A DNA stretch of 64,000 nt, from contig OZ024740.1 in the NCBI GenBank assembly GCA_964016885.1, positions 20,026,001-20,090,000 of the forward strand, given 5' to 3'. Of the stretch, positions 15,001 to 30,000 are shown piece after piece (position 1 is the stretch's first letter; each line of letters starts with the position of its first letter). Under the pieces are notes generated by a model, which was given only the letters and a program-made list of their open reading frames with translations, did no database searches and was not told where the DNA came from. The translations under genes were made by a program, and so were the position numbers. Source of the stretch: Eledone cirrhosa. Lineage: Eukaryota.

Positions 15001-18000
15001 CTGATGCAGTGTCCCGACAGCTAACAACTGATGCAGTGTCCTCTCGACAGCTAACAACTGATGCAGTGTTCCGACAGCTAACAACTGATGCAGTGTCCCC
15101 TCGACAACTAACAACTGATGCAGTGTCCCAACAGCTAACAACTGATACAGTGTCTCGACAGCTAACAACTGATGCAGTGTCCCGAAAGCTAACAACTGAT
15201 GCAGTGTCTCGAGAAGCTAACAACTGATGCAGTGTCCCGAAAGCTAACAACTGATGAAGTGTCTAGACAGCTAACAACTGATGCAGTGTCCCAACAGCTA
15301 ACAACTGATGCAGTGTCCTCTCGACAGCAAACAACTGATGCAGTGTCACGACAGCTAACAACTGATGCAGTGTCCCGACAGCTAACAACTGATGCAGTGT
15401 CCTCTCGACAGTTAACAACTGATGCAGTGTCCTCTCGACAGCTATCATCTGATGCAGTATGTCAAGAGTTAACAACTGATGCAGTGTCCCGACAGCTAAC
15501 AACTGATGCAGTGTCAACTCGACAGCTAACAACTGATGCAGTGTCCTCTCGACAGCTAACAACTGATGCAGTGTCCTGACAGCTGACAACTGATGCAGTG
15601 TCCCGACAGCTAACAACTGATGCAGTGTCTCAACAGCTAACAACTGATGCAGTGACCCGACAGCTAACAACTGATGCAGTGATTCGACATCTAACCACTG
15701 ATGCAGTGTCCTCTGGACAGCTAACAACTGATGCAGTGTCCTCTCGACAGCTAACAACTGATGCAGTGTCCTGACAGCTAACAACTGATGCAGTGTCCTC
15801 TCGACATCTAACAACTGATGCTGTGCTCAGACAGCTAACAACTGATGCAGTGTCCCGACAGCTAACAACTGATGCAGTGTCTCGACAGTTAACAACTGAT
15901 GCAGTGTCCCGACAGCTAACAACTGATGCAGTGTCTCGAAATCTAACAACGGATGCAGTGTCTCGACAGCTATCATCTGATGCAGTGTCCTCTCGACAGC
16001 TAACAACTGATGCAGTGTCCTCTCGACAGCTAACAACTGATGCAGTGTCCTCTCGACAGCTAACAACTGATGCAGTGTCCTCTCGACAGCTAACAACTGA
16101 TGAAGTGTCCTCTCGACAGCTAACAACTGATGAAGTGTCTCGACAGCTAACAACTGATGCAGTGTCCTCTCGACAGCTAACAACTGATGCAGTGTCCCGA
16201 CAGCTAACAACTGATGCAGTGTCCTCTCGACAGCTAACAACTGATGAAGTGTCCTCTCGACAGCTAACAACTGATGCAGTGTCCCGACAGCTAACAACTG
16301 ATGCAGTGTCCTCTCGACAGCTAACAACTGATGCAGTGTGCTCTCGACCAGCTAACAACTGATGAAGTGTCCTCTCGACAGCTAACAACTGATGAAGTGT
16401 CCTCTCGACAGCTAACAACTGATGCAGTGTCCTCTCGACAGCTAACAACTGATCAAGTGTCCTCTCGACAGCTAACAACTGATGCAGTTTCTCGACAGAT
16501 AACAACTGATGCAGTGTCCTCTCGACAGCTAACAACTGATGCAGTGTCCTCTCGACAGCTAACAACTGATGCAGTGTCCTCTCGACAGCTAACAACTGAT
16601 GCAGTGTCCTCTCGACAGCTAACAACTGATGCAGTGTCTCGACAGCTAACAACTGATGCAGTGTCCTCTCGACAGCTAACAACTGATGCAGTGTCCTCTC
16701 GACAGCTAACAACTGATGCAGTGTCCTCTCGACAGCTAACAACTGATGCAGTGTCCTCTCGACAGCTAACAACTGATGCAGTGTCCTCTCGACAGCTAAC
16801 AACTGATGCAGCGTCCCGACAGCTAACAACTGATGCAGTGTCCCGACAACTAACAACTGATGCAGTGTCCTCTCGACAGCTAACAACTGATGCAGTGTCC
16901 TCTCGACAGCTAACAACTGATGCAGTGTCCCGACAGCTAACAACTGATGCAGTGTCCTCTCGACAGCTAACAACTGATGCAGTGTCCCTACAGCTAACAA
17001 CTCATGCAGTGTCCTCTCGACAGCTAACAACTGATGCAGTGTCTCGACATCTAACAACTGATGCAGTGTCCTCTCGACAGCTAACAACTGATGAAGTGTC
17101 CTCTCGACAGCTAACAACTGATGCAGTGTCCTCTCGACAGCTAACATCTGATGCAGTGTCCTCTCGACAGCTAACAACTGATGCAGTGTCCTCTCGACAG
17201 CTAACAACTGATGCAGTGTCTTCTCTACAGCTAACAACTGATGCAGTGTCCTCTCGACAGCTAACAAATGATGAAGTGTCTCGACAGCTAACAACTGATG
17301 CAGTGTCCTCTCGACAGCTAACAACTGATGCAGTGTCCCGACAGCTAACAACTGATGCAGTGTTCTCTCGACAGCTAACAACTGATAAAGTGTCCTCTCG
17401 ACAGCTAACAACTGATGCAGTGTCCCGACAGCTAACAACTGATGCAGTGTCCTCTCGACAGCTAACAACTGATGCAGTGTCCTCTCGACAGCTAACAACT
17501 GATGAAGTGTCCTCTCGACAGCTAACAACTGATGAAGTGTCCTCTCGACAGCTAACAACTGATGCAGTGTCCTCTCGACAGCTAACAACTGATGAAGTGT
17601 CCTCTCGACAGCTAACAACTGATGCAGTGTCTCGACAGCTAACAACTGATGCAGTGTCCTCTCGACAGCTAACAACTGATGCAGTGTCCTCTCGACAGCT
17701 AACAACTTATGCAGTGTCCTCTCGACAGCTAACAACTGATGCAGTGTCCTCTCGACAGCTAACAACTGATGCAGTGTCTCGACAGCTAACAACTGATGCA
17801 GTGTCTTCTCGACAGCTAACAACTGATGCAGTGTCCTCTCGACAGCTAACAACTGATGCAGTGTCCTCTCGACAGCTAACAACTGATGCAGTGTCCTCTC
17901 GACAGCTAACAACTGATGAAGTGACTCGACAGCTAACAACTGATGCAGTGTCCTTCCGACAGCTAACAACTGATGCAGTGTCCTCTCGACAGCTAACAAC

Positions 18001-21000
18001 TGATGCAGTGTCCTCTCGACATCTAACAACTGATGCAGTGTCCTCTCGACAGCTAACAACTGATGAAGTGTCTCGACAGCTAACAACTGATGCAGTGTCC
18101 TCTCGACAGCTAACAACTGATGGAGTGTCCTCTCGACAGCTAACAACTGATGCAGTGTCCTCTCGACAGCTAACAACTGATGCAGTGTCCCGACAGCTAA
18201 CAACTGATGCAGTGTCCCGACAGCTAACAACTGATGCAGTGTCCTCTCGACAGCTAACAACTGATGCAGTGTCCTCTCGACAGATAACAACTGATGCAGT
18301 GTCCCGACAGCTAACAACTGATGCAGTGTCCTCTCGACAGCTAACAACTGATGCAGTGTCCCGACAGCTAACAACTGATGCAGTGTCCTCTCGACAGCTA
18401 ACAACTGATGCAGTGTCTCGACATCTAACAACTGATGCAGTGTCCTCTCGACAGCAAACAACTGATGCAGTGTCCCGACAGCTAACAACTGATGCAGTGT
18501 CCTCTCGACAGCAAACAACTGATGCAGTGTCCCGACAGCTAACAACTGATGCAGTGTCCCGACAGCTAACAACTGATGCAGTGTCCTCTCGACAGTTAAC
18601 AACTGATGCAGTGTCCTCTCGACAGCTAACAACTGATGCAGTATCTCAAGAGTTAACAACTGATGCAGTGTCCCGACAGCTAACAACTGATGCAGTGTCA
18701 ACTCGACAGCTAACAACTGATGCAGTGTCCTCTCGACAGCTAACAACTGATGCAGTGTCTCAAGAGTTAACAACTGATGCAGTGTCCCGACAGCTAACAA
18801 CCTATGCAGTGTCCCGACATCTAACAACTCATGCAGTGCCTCGACAGCTAACAACTGCTGCAGTGTCCCGACAGCTAACAACTGATGCAGTGTCTCGACA
18901 GCTAACAACTGATGCAGTGTCCTCTCGACAGCTAACAACTGATGCAGTGTCCCAACAGCTAACAACTGATGCAGTGTCCTCTCGAAAGCTAACAACTGAT
19001 GCAGTGTCTCGAAATCTAACAACTGATGCAGTGTCCCGACAGCTAACAACTGATGCAGTGTCCTCTCGACAGCTAACAACTGATGCAGTGTCCTGACAGC
19101 TGACAACTGATGCAGTGTCCCGACAGCTAACAACTGATGCAGTGTCCCAACAGCTAACAACTGATGCAGTGACCCGACAGCTAACAACTGATGCAGTGAT
19201 TCGACATCTAACCACTGATGCAGTGTCCTCTGGACAGCTAACAACTGATGCAGTGTCCTCTCGACAGCTAACAACTGATGCAGTGTCCTGACAGCTAACA
19301 ACTGATGCAGTGTCCTCTCGACATCTAATAACTGATGCTGTGCTCAGACAGCTAACAACTGATGCACTGTCCCGACAGCTAACAACTGATGCAGTGTCTC
19401 GACAGCTAACAACTGATGCAGTGTCCCGACAGCTAACAACTGATGCAGTGTCTCGAAATCTAACAACTGATGCAGTGTCTCGACAGCTAACAACTGATGC
19501 AGTGTCCTCTCGACAGCTAACAACTGATGCAGTGTCCTCTCGACAGCTAACAACTGATGAAGTGTCCTCTCGACAGCTAACAACTGATGAAGTGTCCTCT
19601 CGACAGCTAACAACTGATGAAGTGTCTCGACAGCTAACAACTGATGCAGTGTCCTCTCGACAGCTAACAACTGATGCAGTGTCCCGACAGCTAACAACTG
19701 ATGCAGTGTCCTCTCGACAGCTAACAACTGATGAAGTGTCCTCTCGACAGCTAACAACTGATGCAGTGTCCCGACAGCTAACAACTGATGCAGTGTCCTC
19801 TCGACAGCTAACAACTGATGCAGTGTCCTCTCGACAGCTAACAACTGATGAAGTGTCCTCTCGACAGCTAACAACTGATGAAGTGTCCTCTCGACAGCTA
19901 ACAACTGATGCAGTGTCCTCTCGACAGCTAACAACTGATCAAGTGTCCTCTCGACAGCTAACAACTGATGCAGTGTCTCGACAGCTAACAACTGATGCAG
20001 TGTCCTCTCGACAGCTAACAACTGATGCAGTGTCCTCTCGACAGCTAACAACTGATGCAGTGTCCTCTCGACAGCTAACAACTGATGCAGTGTCCTCTCG
20101 ACAGCTAACAACTGATGCAGTGTCTCGACAGCTAACAACTGATGCAGTGTCCTCTCGACAGCTAACAACTGATGCAGTATCCTCTCGACAGCTAACAACT
20201 GATGCAGTGTCCTCTCGACAGCTAACAACTGATGAAGTGACTCGACAGCTAACAAATGATGCAGTGTCCTTCCGACAGCTAACAACTGATGCAGTGTCCT
20301 CTCGACAGCTAACAACTGATGTAGTGTCCTCTCGACATCTAACAACTGATGCAGTGTCCTCTCGACAGCTAACAACTGATGAAGTGTCTCGACAGCTAAC
20401 AACTGATGCAGTGTCCTCTCGACAGCTAACAACTGATGCAGTGTCCTCTCGACAGCTAACAACTGATGCAGTGTCCTCTCGACAGCTAACAACTGATGCA
20501 GTGTCCCGACAGCTAACAACTGATGCAGTGTCCCGACAACTAACAACTGATGCAGTGTCCTCTCGACAGTTAACAACTGATGCAGTGTCCTCTCGACAGC
20601 TAACAACTGATGCAGTGTCCCGACAGCTAACAACTGATGCAGTGTCCTCTCGACAGATAACAACTGATGCAGTGTCCCGACAGCTAACAACTCATGCAGT
20701 GTCCTCTCGACAGCTAACAACTGATGCAGTGTCTCGACATCTAACAACTGATGCAGTGTCCTCTCGACAGCTAACAACTGATGAAGTGTCCTCTCGACAG
20801 CTAACAACTGATGCAGTGTCCTCTCGACAGCTAACATCTGATGCAGTGTCCTCTCGACAGCTAACAACTGATGCAGTGTCCTCTCGACAGCTAACAACTG
20901 ATGCAGTGTCCTCTCGACAGCTAACAACTGATGCAGTGTCCTCTCGACAGCTAACAAATGATGAAGTGTCTCGACAGCTAACAACTGATGCAGTGTCCTC

Positions 21001-24000
21001 TCGACAGCTAACAACTGATGCAGTGTCCCGACAGCTAACAACTGATGCAGTGTTCTCTCGACAGCTAACAACTGATGAAGTGTCCTCTCGACAGCTAACA
21101 ACTGATGCAGTGTCCCGACAGCTAACAACTGATGCAGTGTCCTCTCGACAGCTAACAACTGATGCAGTGTCCTCTCGACAGCTAACAACTGAAGAAATGT
21201 CCTCTCGACAGCTAACAACTGATGAAGTGTCCTCTCGACAGCTAACAACTGATGCAGTGTCCTCTCGACAGCTAACAACTGATGAAGTGTCCTCTCGACA
21301 GCTAACAACTGATGCAGTGTCTCGACAGCTAACAACTGATGCAGTGTCCTCTCGACAGCTAACAACTGATGCAGTGTCCTCTCGACAGCTAACAACTGAT
21401 GCAGTGTCCTCTCGACAGCTAACAACTGATGCAGTGTCCTCTCGACAGCTAACAACTGATGCAGTGTCTCGACAGCTAACAACTGATGCAGTGTCCTCTC
21501 GACAGCTAACAACTGATGCAGTGTCCTCTCGACAGCTAACAACTGATGCAGTGTCCTCTCGACAGCTAACAACTGATGCAGTGTCCTCTCGACAGCTAAC
21601 AACTGATGAAGTGACTCGACAGCTAACAACTGATGCAGTGTCCTTCCGACAGCTAACAACTGATGCAGTGTCCTCTCGACAGCTAACAACGGATGCAGTG
21701 TCCTCTCGACATCTAACAACTGATGCAGTGTCCTCTCGACAGCTAACAACTGATGAAGTGTCTCGACAGCTAACAACTGATGCAGTGTCCTCTCGACAGC
21801 TAACAACTGATGGAGTGTCCTGTCGACAGCTAACAACTAATGCAGTGTCCTCTCGACAGCTAACAACTGATGCAGTGTCCCGACAGCTAACAACTGATGC
21901 AGTGTCCCGACAGCTAACAACTGATGCAGTGTCCTCTCGACAGCTAACAACTGATGCAGTGTCCTCTCGACAGCTAACAACTGATGCAGTGTCCCGACAG
22001 CTAACAACTGATGCAGTGTCCTCTCGACAGCTAACAACTGATGCAGTGTCCCGACAGCTAACAACTGATGCAGTGTCCTCTCGACAGCTAACAACTGATG
22101 CAGTGTCTCGACATCTAACAACTGATGCAGTGTCCTCTCGACAGCTAACAACTGATGAAGTGTCCTCTCGACAGCTAACAACTGATGCAGTGTCCTCTCG
22201 ACAGCTAACAACTGATGCAGTGTCTCGACATCTAACAACTGATGCAGTGTCCTCTCGACAGCTAACAACTGATGAAGTGTCCTGTCGACAGCTAACAACT
22301 GATGCAGTGTCCTCTCGACATCTAACAACTGATGCAGTGTCCCGACAGCTAACAACTGATGCAGTGTCCTCTTGACAGCTAACAACTGATGCAGTGTCCC
22401 GACAGCTAACAACTGATGAAGTGTCCTCTCGACAGCTAACAACTGATGAAGTGTCTCGACAGCTAACAACTGATGCAGTGTCCCGACAGCTAACAACTGA
22501 TGCAGTGTCCTCTCGACAGCTAACAACTGATGCAGTGTCCAGACAGCTAACAACTGATGCAGTGTCCTCTCGACAGCTAACAACTTATGCAGTGTCCTCT
22601 CGACAGCTAACAACTGATGAAGTGTCCTCTCGACAGCTAACAACTGATGAAGTGTCCTCTCGACAGCTAACATCTGATGCAGTGTCCTCTCGACAGCTAA
22701 CAACTGATGCAGTGTCCTCTCGACAGCTAACAACTGATGCAGTGTCCTCTCGACAGCTAACAACTGATGCAGTGTCCTCTCGACAGCTAACAACTGATGA
22801 AGTGTCCTCTCGACAGCTAACAACTGATGAAGTGTCTCGACAGCTAACAACTGATGAAGTGTCCTCTCGACAGCTAACAACTGATGCAGTGTCCCGACAG
22901 CTAACAACTGATGCAGTGTCCTCTCGACAGCTAACAACTGATGAAGTGTCCTCTCGACAGCTAACAACTGATGCAGTGTCCCGACAGCTAACAACTGATG
23001 CAGTGTCCTCTCGACAGCTAACAACTGATGCAGTGTCTCGACAGCTAACAACTGATGCAGTGTCCTCTCGACAGCTAACAACTGATGCAGTGTCCTCTCG
23101 ACAGCTAACAACTGATGCAGTGTCCTCTCGACAGCTAAAAACTGATGCAGTGTCCTCTCGACAGCTAACAACTGATGCAGTGTCTCGACAGCTAACAACT
23201 GATGCAGTGTCCTCTCGACAGCTAACAACTGATGCAGTGTCCTCTCGACAGCTAACAACTGATGCAGTGTCCTCTCGACAGCTAACAACTGATGCAGTGT
23301 CCTCTCGACAGCTAATAACTGATGCAGTGTCTCGACAGCTAACAACTGATGCAGTGTCCTCTCGACAGCTAACAACTGATGCAGTATCCTCTCGACAGCT
23401 AACAACTGATGCAGTGTCCTCTCGACAGCTAACAACTGATGAAGTGACTCGACAGCTAACAACTGATGCAGTGTCCTTCCGACAGCTAACAACTGATGCA
23501 GTGTCCTCTCGACAGCTAACAACTGATGCAGTGTCCTCTCGACATCTAACAACTGATGCAGTGTCCTCTCGACAGCTAACAACTGATGAAGTGTCTCGAC
23601 AGCTAACAACTGATGCAGTGTCCTCTCGACAGCTAACAACTGATGCAGTGTCCTCTCGACAGCTAACAACTGATGCAGTGTCCTCTCGACAGCTAACAAC
23701 TGATGCAGTGTCCCGACAGCTAACAACTGATGCAGTGTCCCGACAACTAACAACTGATGCAGTGTCCTCTCGACAGTTAACAACTGATGCAGTGTCCTCT
23801 CGACAGCTAACAACTGATGCAGTGTCCCGACAGCTAACAACTGATGCAGTGTCCTCTCGACAGATAACAACTGATGCAGTGTCCCGACAGCTAACAACTC
23901 ATGCAGTGTCCTCTCGACAGCTAACAACTGATGCAGTGTCTCGACATCTAACAACTGATGCAGTGTCCTCTCGACAGCTAACAACTGATGAAGTGTCCTC

Positions 24001-27000
24001 TCGACAGCTAACAAATGATGAAGTGTCTCGACAGCTAACAACTGATGCAGTGTCCTCTCGACAGCTAACAACTGATGCAGTGTCCCGACAGCTAACAACT
24101 GATGCAGTGTTCTCTCGACAGCTAACAACTGATGAAGTGTCCTCTCGACAGCTAACAACTGATGCAGTGTCCCGACAGCTAACAACTGATGCAGTGTCCT
24201 CTCGACAGCTAACAACTGATGCAGTGTCCTCTCGACAGCTAACAACTGAAGAAGTGTCCTCTCGACAGTTAACAACTGATGAAGTGTCCTCTCGACAGCT
24301 AACAACTGATGCAGTGTCCTCTCGACAGCTAACAACTGATGAAGTGTCCTCTCGACAGCTAACAACTGATGCAGTGTCTCGACAGCTAACAACTGATGCA
24401 GTGTCCTCTCGACAGCTAACAACTGATGCAGTGTCCTCTCGACAGCTAACAACTGATGCAGTGTCCTCTCGACAGCTAACAACTGATGCAGTGTCCTCTC
24501 GACAGCTAACAGCTGATGCAGTGTCTCGACAGCTAACAACTGATGCAGTGTCCTCTCGACAGCTAACAACTGATGCAGTGTCCTCTCGACAGCTAACAAC
24601 TGATGCAGTGTCCTCTCGACAGCTAACAACTGATGCAGTGTCCTCTCGACAGCTAACAACTGATGAAGTGACTCGACAGCTAACAACTGATGCAGTGTCC
24701 TTCCGACAGCTAACAACTGATGCAGTGTCCTCTCGACAGCTAACAACTGATGCAGTGTCCTCTCGACATCTAACAACTGATGCAGTGTCCTCTCGACAGC
24801 TAACAACTGATGAAGTGTCTCGACAGCTAACAACTGATGCAGTGTCCTCTCGACAGCTAACAACTGATGGAGTGTCCTCTCGACAGCTAACAACTGATGC
24901 AGTGTCCTCTCGACAGCTAACAAATGATGAAGTGTCTCGACAGCTAACAACTGATGCAGTGTCCTCTCGACAGCTAACAACTGATGCAGTGTCCCGACAG
25001 CTAACAACTGATGCAGTGTTCTCTCGACAGCTAACAACTGATGAAGTGTCCTCTCGACAGCTAACAACTGATGCAGTGTCCCGACAGCTAACAACTGATG
25101 CAGTGTCCTCTCGACAGCTAACAACTGATGCAGTGTCCTCTCGACAGCTAACAACTGAAGAAATGTCCTCTCGACAGCTAACAACTGATGAAGTGTCCTC
25201 TCGACAGCTAACAACTGATGCAGTGTCCTCTCGACAGCTAACAACTGATGAAGTGTCCTCTCGACAGCTAACAACTGATGCAGTGTCTCGACAGCTAACA
25301 ACTGATGCAGTGTCCTCTCGACAGCTAACAACTGATGCAGTGTCCTCTCGACAGCTAACAACTGATGCAGTGTCCTCTCGACAGCTAACAACTGATGCAG
25401 TGTCCTCTCGACAGCTAACAACTGATGCAGTGTCTCGACAGCTAACAACTGATGCAGTGTCCTCTCGACAGCTAACAACTGATGCAGTGTCCTCTCGACA
25501 GCTAACAACTGATGCAGTGTCCTCTCGACAGCTAACAACTGATGCAGTGTCCTCTCGACAGCTAACAACTGATGAAGTGACTCGACAGCTAACAACTGAT
25601 GCAGTGTCCTTCCGACAGCTAACAACTGATGCAGTGTCCTCTCGACAGCTAACAACGGATGCAGTGTCCTCTCGACATCTAACAACTGATGCAGTGTCCT
25701 CTCGACAGCTAACAACTGATGAAGTGTCTCGACAGCTAACAACTGATGCAGTGTCCTCTCGACAGCTAACAACTGATGGAGTGTCCTGTCGACAGCTAAC
25801 AACTAATGCAGTGTCCTCTCGACAGCTAACAACTGATGCAGTGTCCCGACAGCTAACAACTGATGCAGTGTCCCGACAGCTAACAACTGATGCAGTGTCC
25901 TCTCGACAGCTAACAACTGATGCAGTGTCCTCTCGACAGCTAACAACTGATGCAGTGTCCCGACAGCTAACAACTGATGCAGTGTCCTCTCGACAGCTAA
26001 CAACTGATGCAGTGTCCCGACAGCTAACAACTGATGCAGTGTCCTCTCGACAGCTAACAACTGATGCAGTGTCTCGACATCTAACAACTGATGCAGTGTC
26101 CTCTCGACAGCTAACAACTGATGAAGTGTCCTCTCGACAGCTAACAACTGATGCAGTGTCCTCTCGACAGCTAACAACTGATGCAGTGTCTCGACATCTA
26201 ACAACTGATGCAGTGTCCTCTCGACAGCTAACAACTGATGAAGTGTCCTGTCGACAGCTAACAACTGATGCAGTGTCCTCTCGACATCTAACAACTGATG
26301 CAGTGTCCCGACAGCTAACAACTGATGCAGTGTCCTCTTGACAGCTAACAACTGATGCAGTGTCCCGACAGCTAACAACTGATGAAGTGTCCTCTCGACA
26401 GCTAACAACTGATGAAGTGTCTCGACAGCTAACAACTGATGCAGTGTCCCGACAGCTAACAACTGATGCAGTGTCCTCTCGACAGCTAACAACTGATGCA
26501 GTGTCCAGACAGCTAACAACTGATGCAGTGTCCTCTCGACAGCTAACAACTTATGCAGTGTCCTCTCGACAGCTAACAACTGATGAAGTGTCCTCTCGAC
26601 AGCTAACAACTGATGAAGTGTCCTCTCGACAGCTAACATCTGATGCAGTGTCCTCTCGACAGCTAACAACTGATGCAGTGTCCTCTCGACAGCTAACAAC
26701 TGATGCAGTGTCCTCTCGACAGCTAACAACTGATGCAGTGTCCTCTCGACAGCTAACAACTGATGAAGTGTCCTCTCGACAGCTAACAACTGATGAAGTG
26801 TCTCGACAGCTAACAACTGATGAAGTGTCCTCTCGACAGCTAACAACTGATGCAGTGTCCCGACAGCTAACAACTGATGCAGTGTCCTCTCGACAGCTAA
26901 CAACTGATGAAGTGTCCTCTCGACAGCTAACAACTGATGCAGTGTCCCGACAGCTAACAACTGATGCAGTGTCCTCTCGACAGCTAACAACTGATGCAGT

Positions 27001-30000
27001 GTCTCGACAGCTAACAACTGATGCAGTGTCCTCTCGACAGCTAACAACTGATGCAGTGTCCTCTCGACAGCTAACAACTGATGCAGTGTCCTCTCGACAG
27101 CTAAAAACTGATGCAGTGTCCTCTCGACAGCTAACAACTGATGCAGTGTCTCGACAGCTAACAACTGATGCAGTGTCCTCTCGACAGCTAACAACTGATG
27201 CAGTGTCCTCTCGACAGCTAACAACTGATGCAGTGTCCTCTCGACAGCTAACAACTGATGCAGTGTCCTCTCGACAGCTAATAACTGATGCAGTGTCTCG
27301 ACAGCTAACAACTGATGCAGTGTCCTCTCGACAGCTAACAACTGATGCAGTATCCTCTCGACAGCTAACAACTGATGCAGTGTCCTCTCGACAGCTAACA
27401 ACTGATGAAGTGACTCGACAGCTAACAACTGATGCAGTGTCCTTCCGACAGCTAACAACTGATGCAGTGTCCTCTCGACAGCTAACAACTGATGCAGTGT
27501 CCTCTCGACATCTAACAACTGATGCAGTGTCCTCTCGACAGCTAACAACTGATGAAGTGTCTCGACAGCTAACAACTGATGCAGTGTCCTCTCGACAGCT
27601 AACAACTGATGCAGTGTCCTCTCGACAGCTAACAACTGATGCAGTGTCCTCTCGACAGCTAACAACTGATGCAGTGTCCCGACAGCTAACAACTGATGCA
27701 GTGTCCCGACAACTAACAACTGATGCAGTGTCCTCTCGACAGTTAACAACTGATGCAGTGTCCTCTCGACAGCTAACAACTGATGCAGTGTCCCGACAGC
27801 TAACAACTGATGCAGTGTCCTCTCGACAGATAACAACTGATGCAGTGTCCCGACAGCTAACAACTCATGCAGTGTCCTCTCGACAGCTAACAACTGATGC
27901 AGTGTCTCGACATCTAACAACTGATGCAGTGTCCTCTCGACAGCTAACAACTGATGAAGTGTCCTCTCGACAGCTAACAAATGATGAAGTGTCTCGACAG
28001 CTAACAACTGATGCAGTGTCCTCTCGACAGCTAACAACTGATGCAGTGTCCCGACAGCTAACAACTGATGCAGTGTTCTCTCGACAGCTAACAACTGATG
28101 AAGTGTCCTCTCGACAGCTAACAACTGATGCAGTGTCCCGACAGCTAACAACTGATGCAGTGTCCTCTCGACAGCTAACAACTGATGCAGTGTCCTCTCG
28201 ACAGCTAACAACTGAAGAAGTGTCCTCTCGACAGTTAACAACTGATGAAGTGTCCTCTCGACAGCTAACAACTGATGCAGTGTCCTCTCGACAGCTAACA
28301 ACTGATGAAGTGTCCTCTCGACAGCTAACAACTGATGCAGTGTCTCGACAGCTAACAACTGATGCAGTGTCCTCTCGACAGCTAACAACTGATGCAGTGT
28401 CCTCTCGACAGCTAACAACTGATGCAGTGTCCTCTCGACAGCTAACAACTGATGCAGTGTCCTCTCGACAGCTAACAGCTGATGCAGTGTCTCGACAGCT
28501 AACAACTGATGCAGTGTCCTCTCGACAGCTAACAACTGATGCAGTGTCCTCTCGACAGCTAACAACTGATGCAGTGTCCTCTCGACAGCTAACAACTGAT
28601 GCAGTGTCCTCTCGACAGCTAACAACTGATGAAGTGACTCGACAGCTAACAACTGATGCAGTGTCCTTCCGACAGCTAACAACTGATGCAGTGTCCTCTC
28701 GACAGCTAACAACTGATGCAGTGTCCTCTCGACATCTAACAACTGATGCAGTGTCCTCTCGACAGCTAACAACTGATGAAGTGTCTCGACAGCTAACAAC
28801 TGATGCAGTGTCCTCTCGACAGCTAACAACTGATGGAGTGTCCTCTCGACAGCTAACAACTGATGCAGTGTCCTCTCGACAGCTAACAACTGATGCAGTG
28901 TCCCGACAGCTAACAACTGATGCAGTGTCCCGACAGCTAACAACTGATGCAGTGTTCTCTCGACAGCTAACAACTGATGCAGTGTCCTCTCGACAGCTAA
29001 CAACTGATGCAGTGTCCCGACAGCTAACAACTGATGCAGTGTCCTCTCGACAGCTAACAACTGATGCAGTGTCCCGACAGCTAACAACTGATGCAGTGTC
29101 CTCTCGACAGCTAACAACTGATGCAGTGTCTCGACATCTAACAACTGATGCAGTGTCCTCTCGACAGCTAACAACTGATGAAGTGTCCTCTCGACAGCTA
29201 ACAACTGATGCAGTGTCCTCTCGACAGCTAACAACTGATGCAGTGTCTCGACATCTAACAACTGATGCAGTGTCCTCTCGACAGCTAACAACTGATGAAG
29301 TGTCCTCTCGACAGCTAACAACTGATGCAGTGTCCTCTCGACATCTAACAACTGATGCAGTGTCCCGACAGCTAACAACTGATGCAGTGTCCTCTCGACA
29401 GCTAACAACTGATGCAGTGTCCCGACAGCTAACAACTGATGAAGTGTCCTCTCGACAGCTAACAACTGATGAAGTGTCTCGACAGCTAACAACTGATGCA
29501 GTGTCCCGACAGCTAACAACTGATGCAGTGTCCTCTCGACAGCTAACAACTGATGCAGTGTCCAGACAGCTAACAACTGATGCAGTGTCCTCTCGACAGC
29601 TAACAACTTATGCAGTGTCCCGACAGCTAACAACTGATGAAGTGTCCTCTCGACAGCTAACAACTGATGAAGTGATTCGACAGCTAACAACTGATGCAGT
29701 GTCCTCTCGACAGCTAACAACTGATGAAGTGTCCTCTCGACAGCTAACAACTGATGAAGTGTCCTCTCGACAGCTAACATCTGATGCAGTGTCCTCTCGA
29801 CAGCTAACAACTGATGCAGTGTCCTCTCGACAGCTAACAACTGATGCAGTGTCCTCTCGACAGCTAACAACTGATGCAGTGTCCTCTCGACAGCTAACAA
29901 CTGATGAAGTGTCCTCTCGACAGCTAACAACTGATGAAGTGTCTCGACAGCTAACAACTGATGCAGTGTCCTCTCGACAGCTAACAACTGATGCAGTGTC

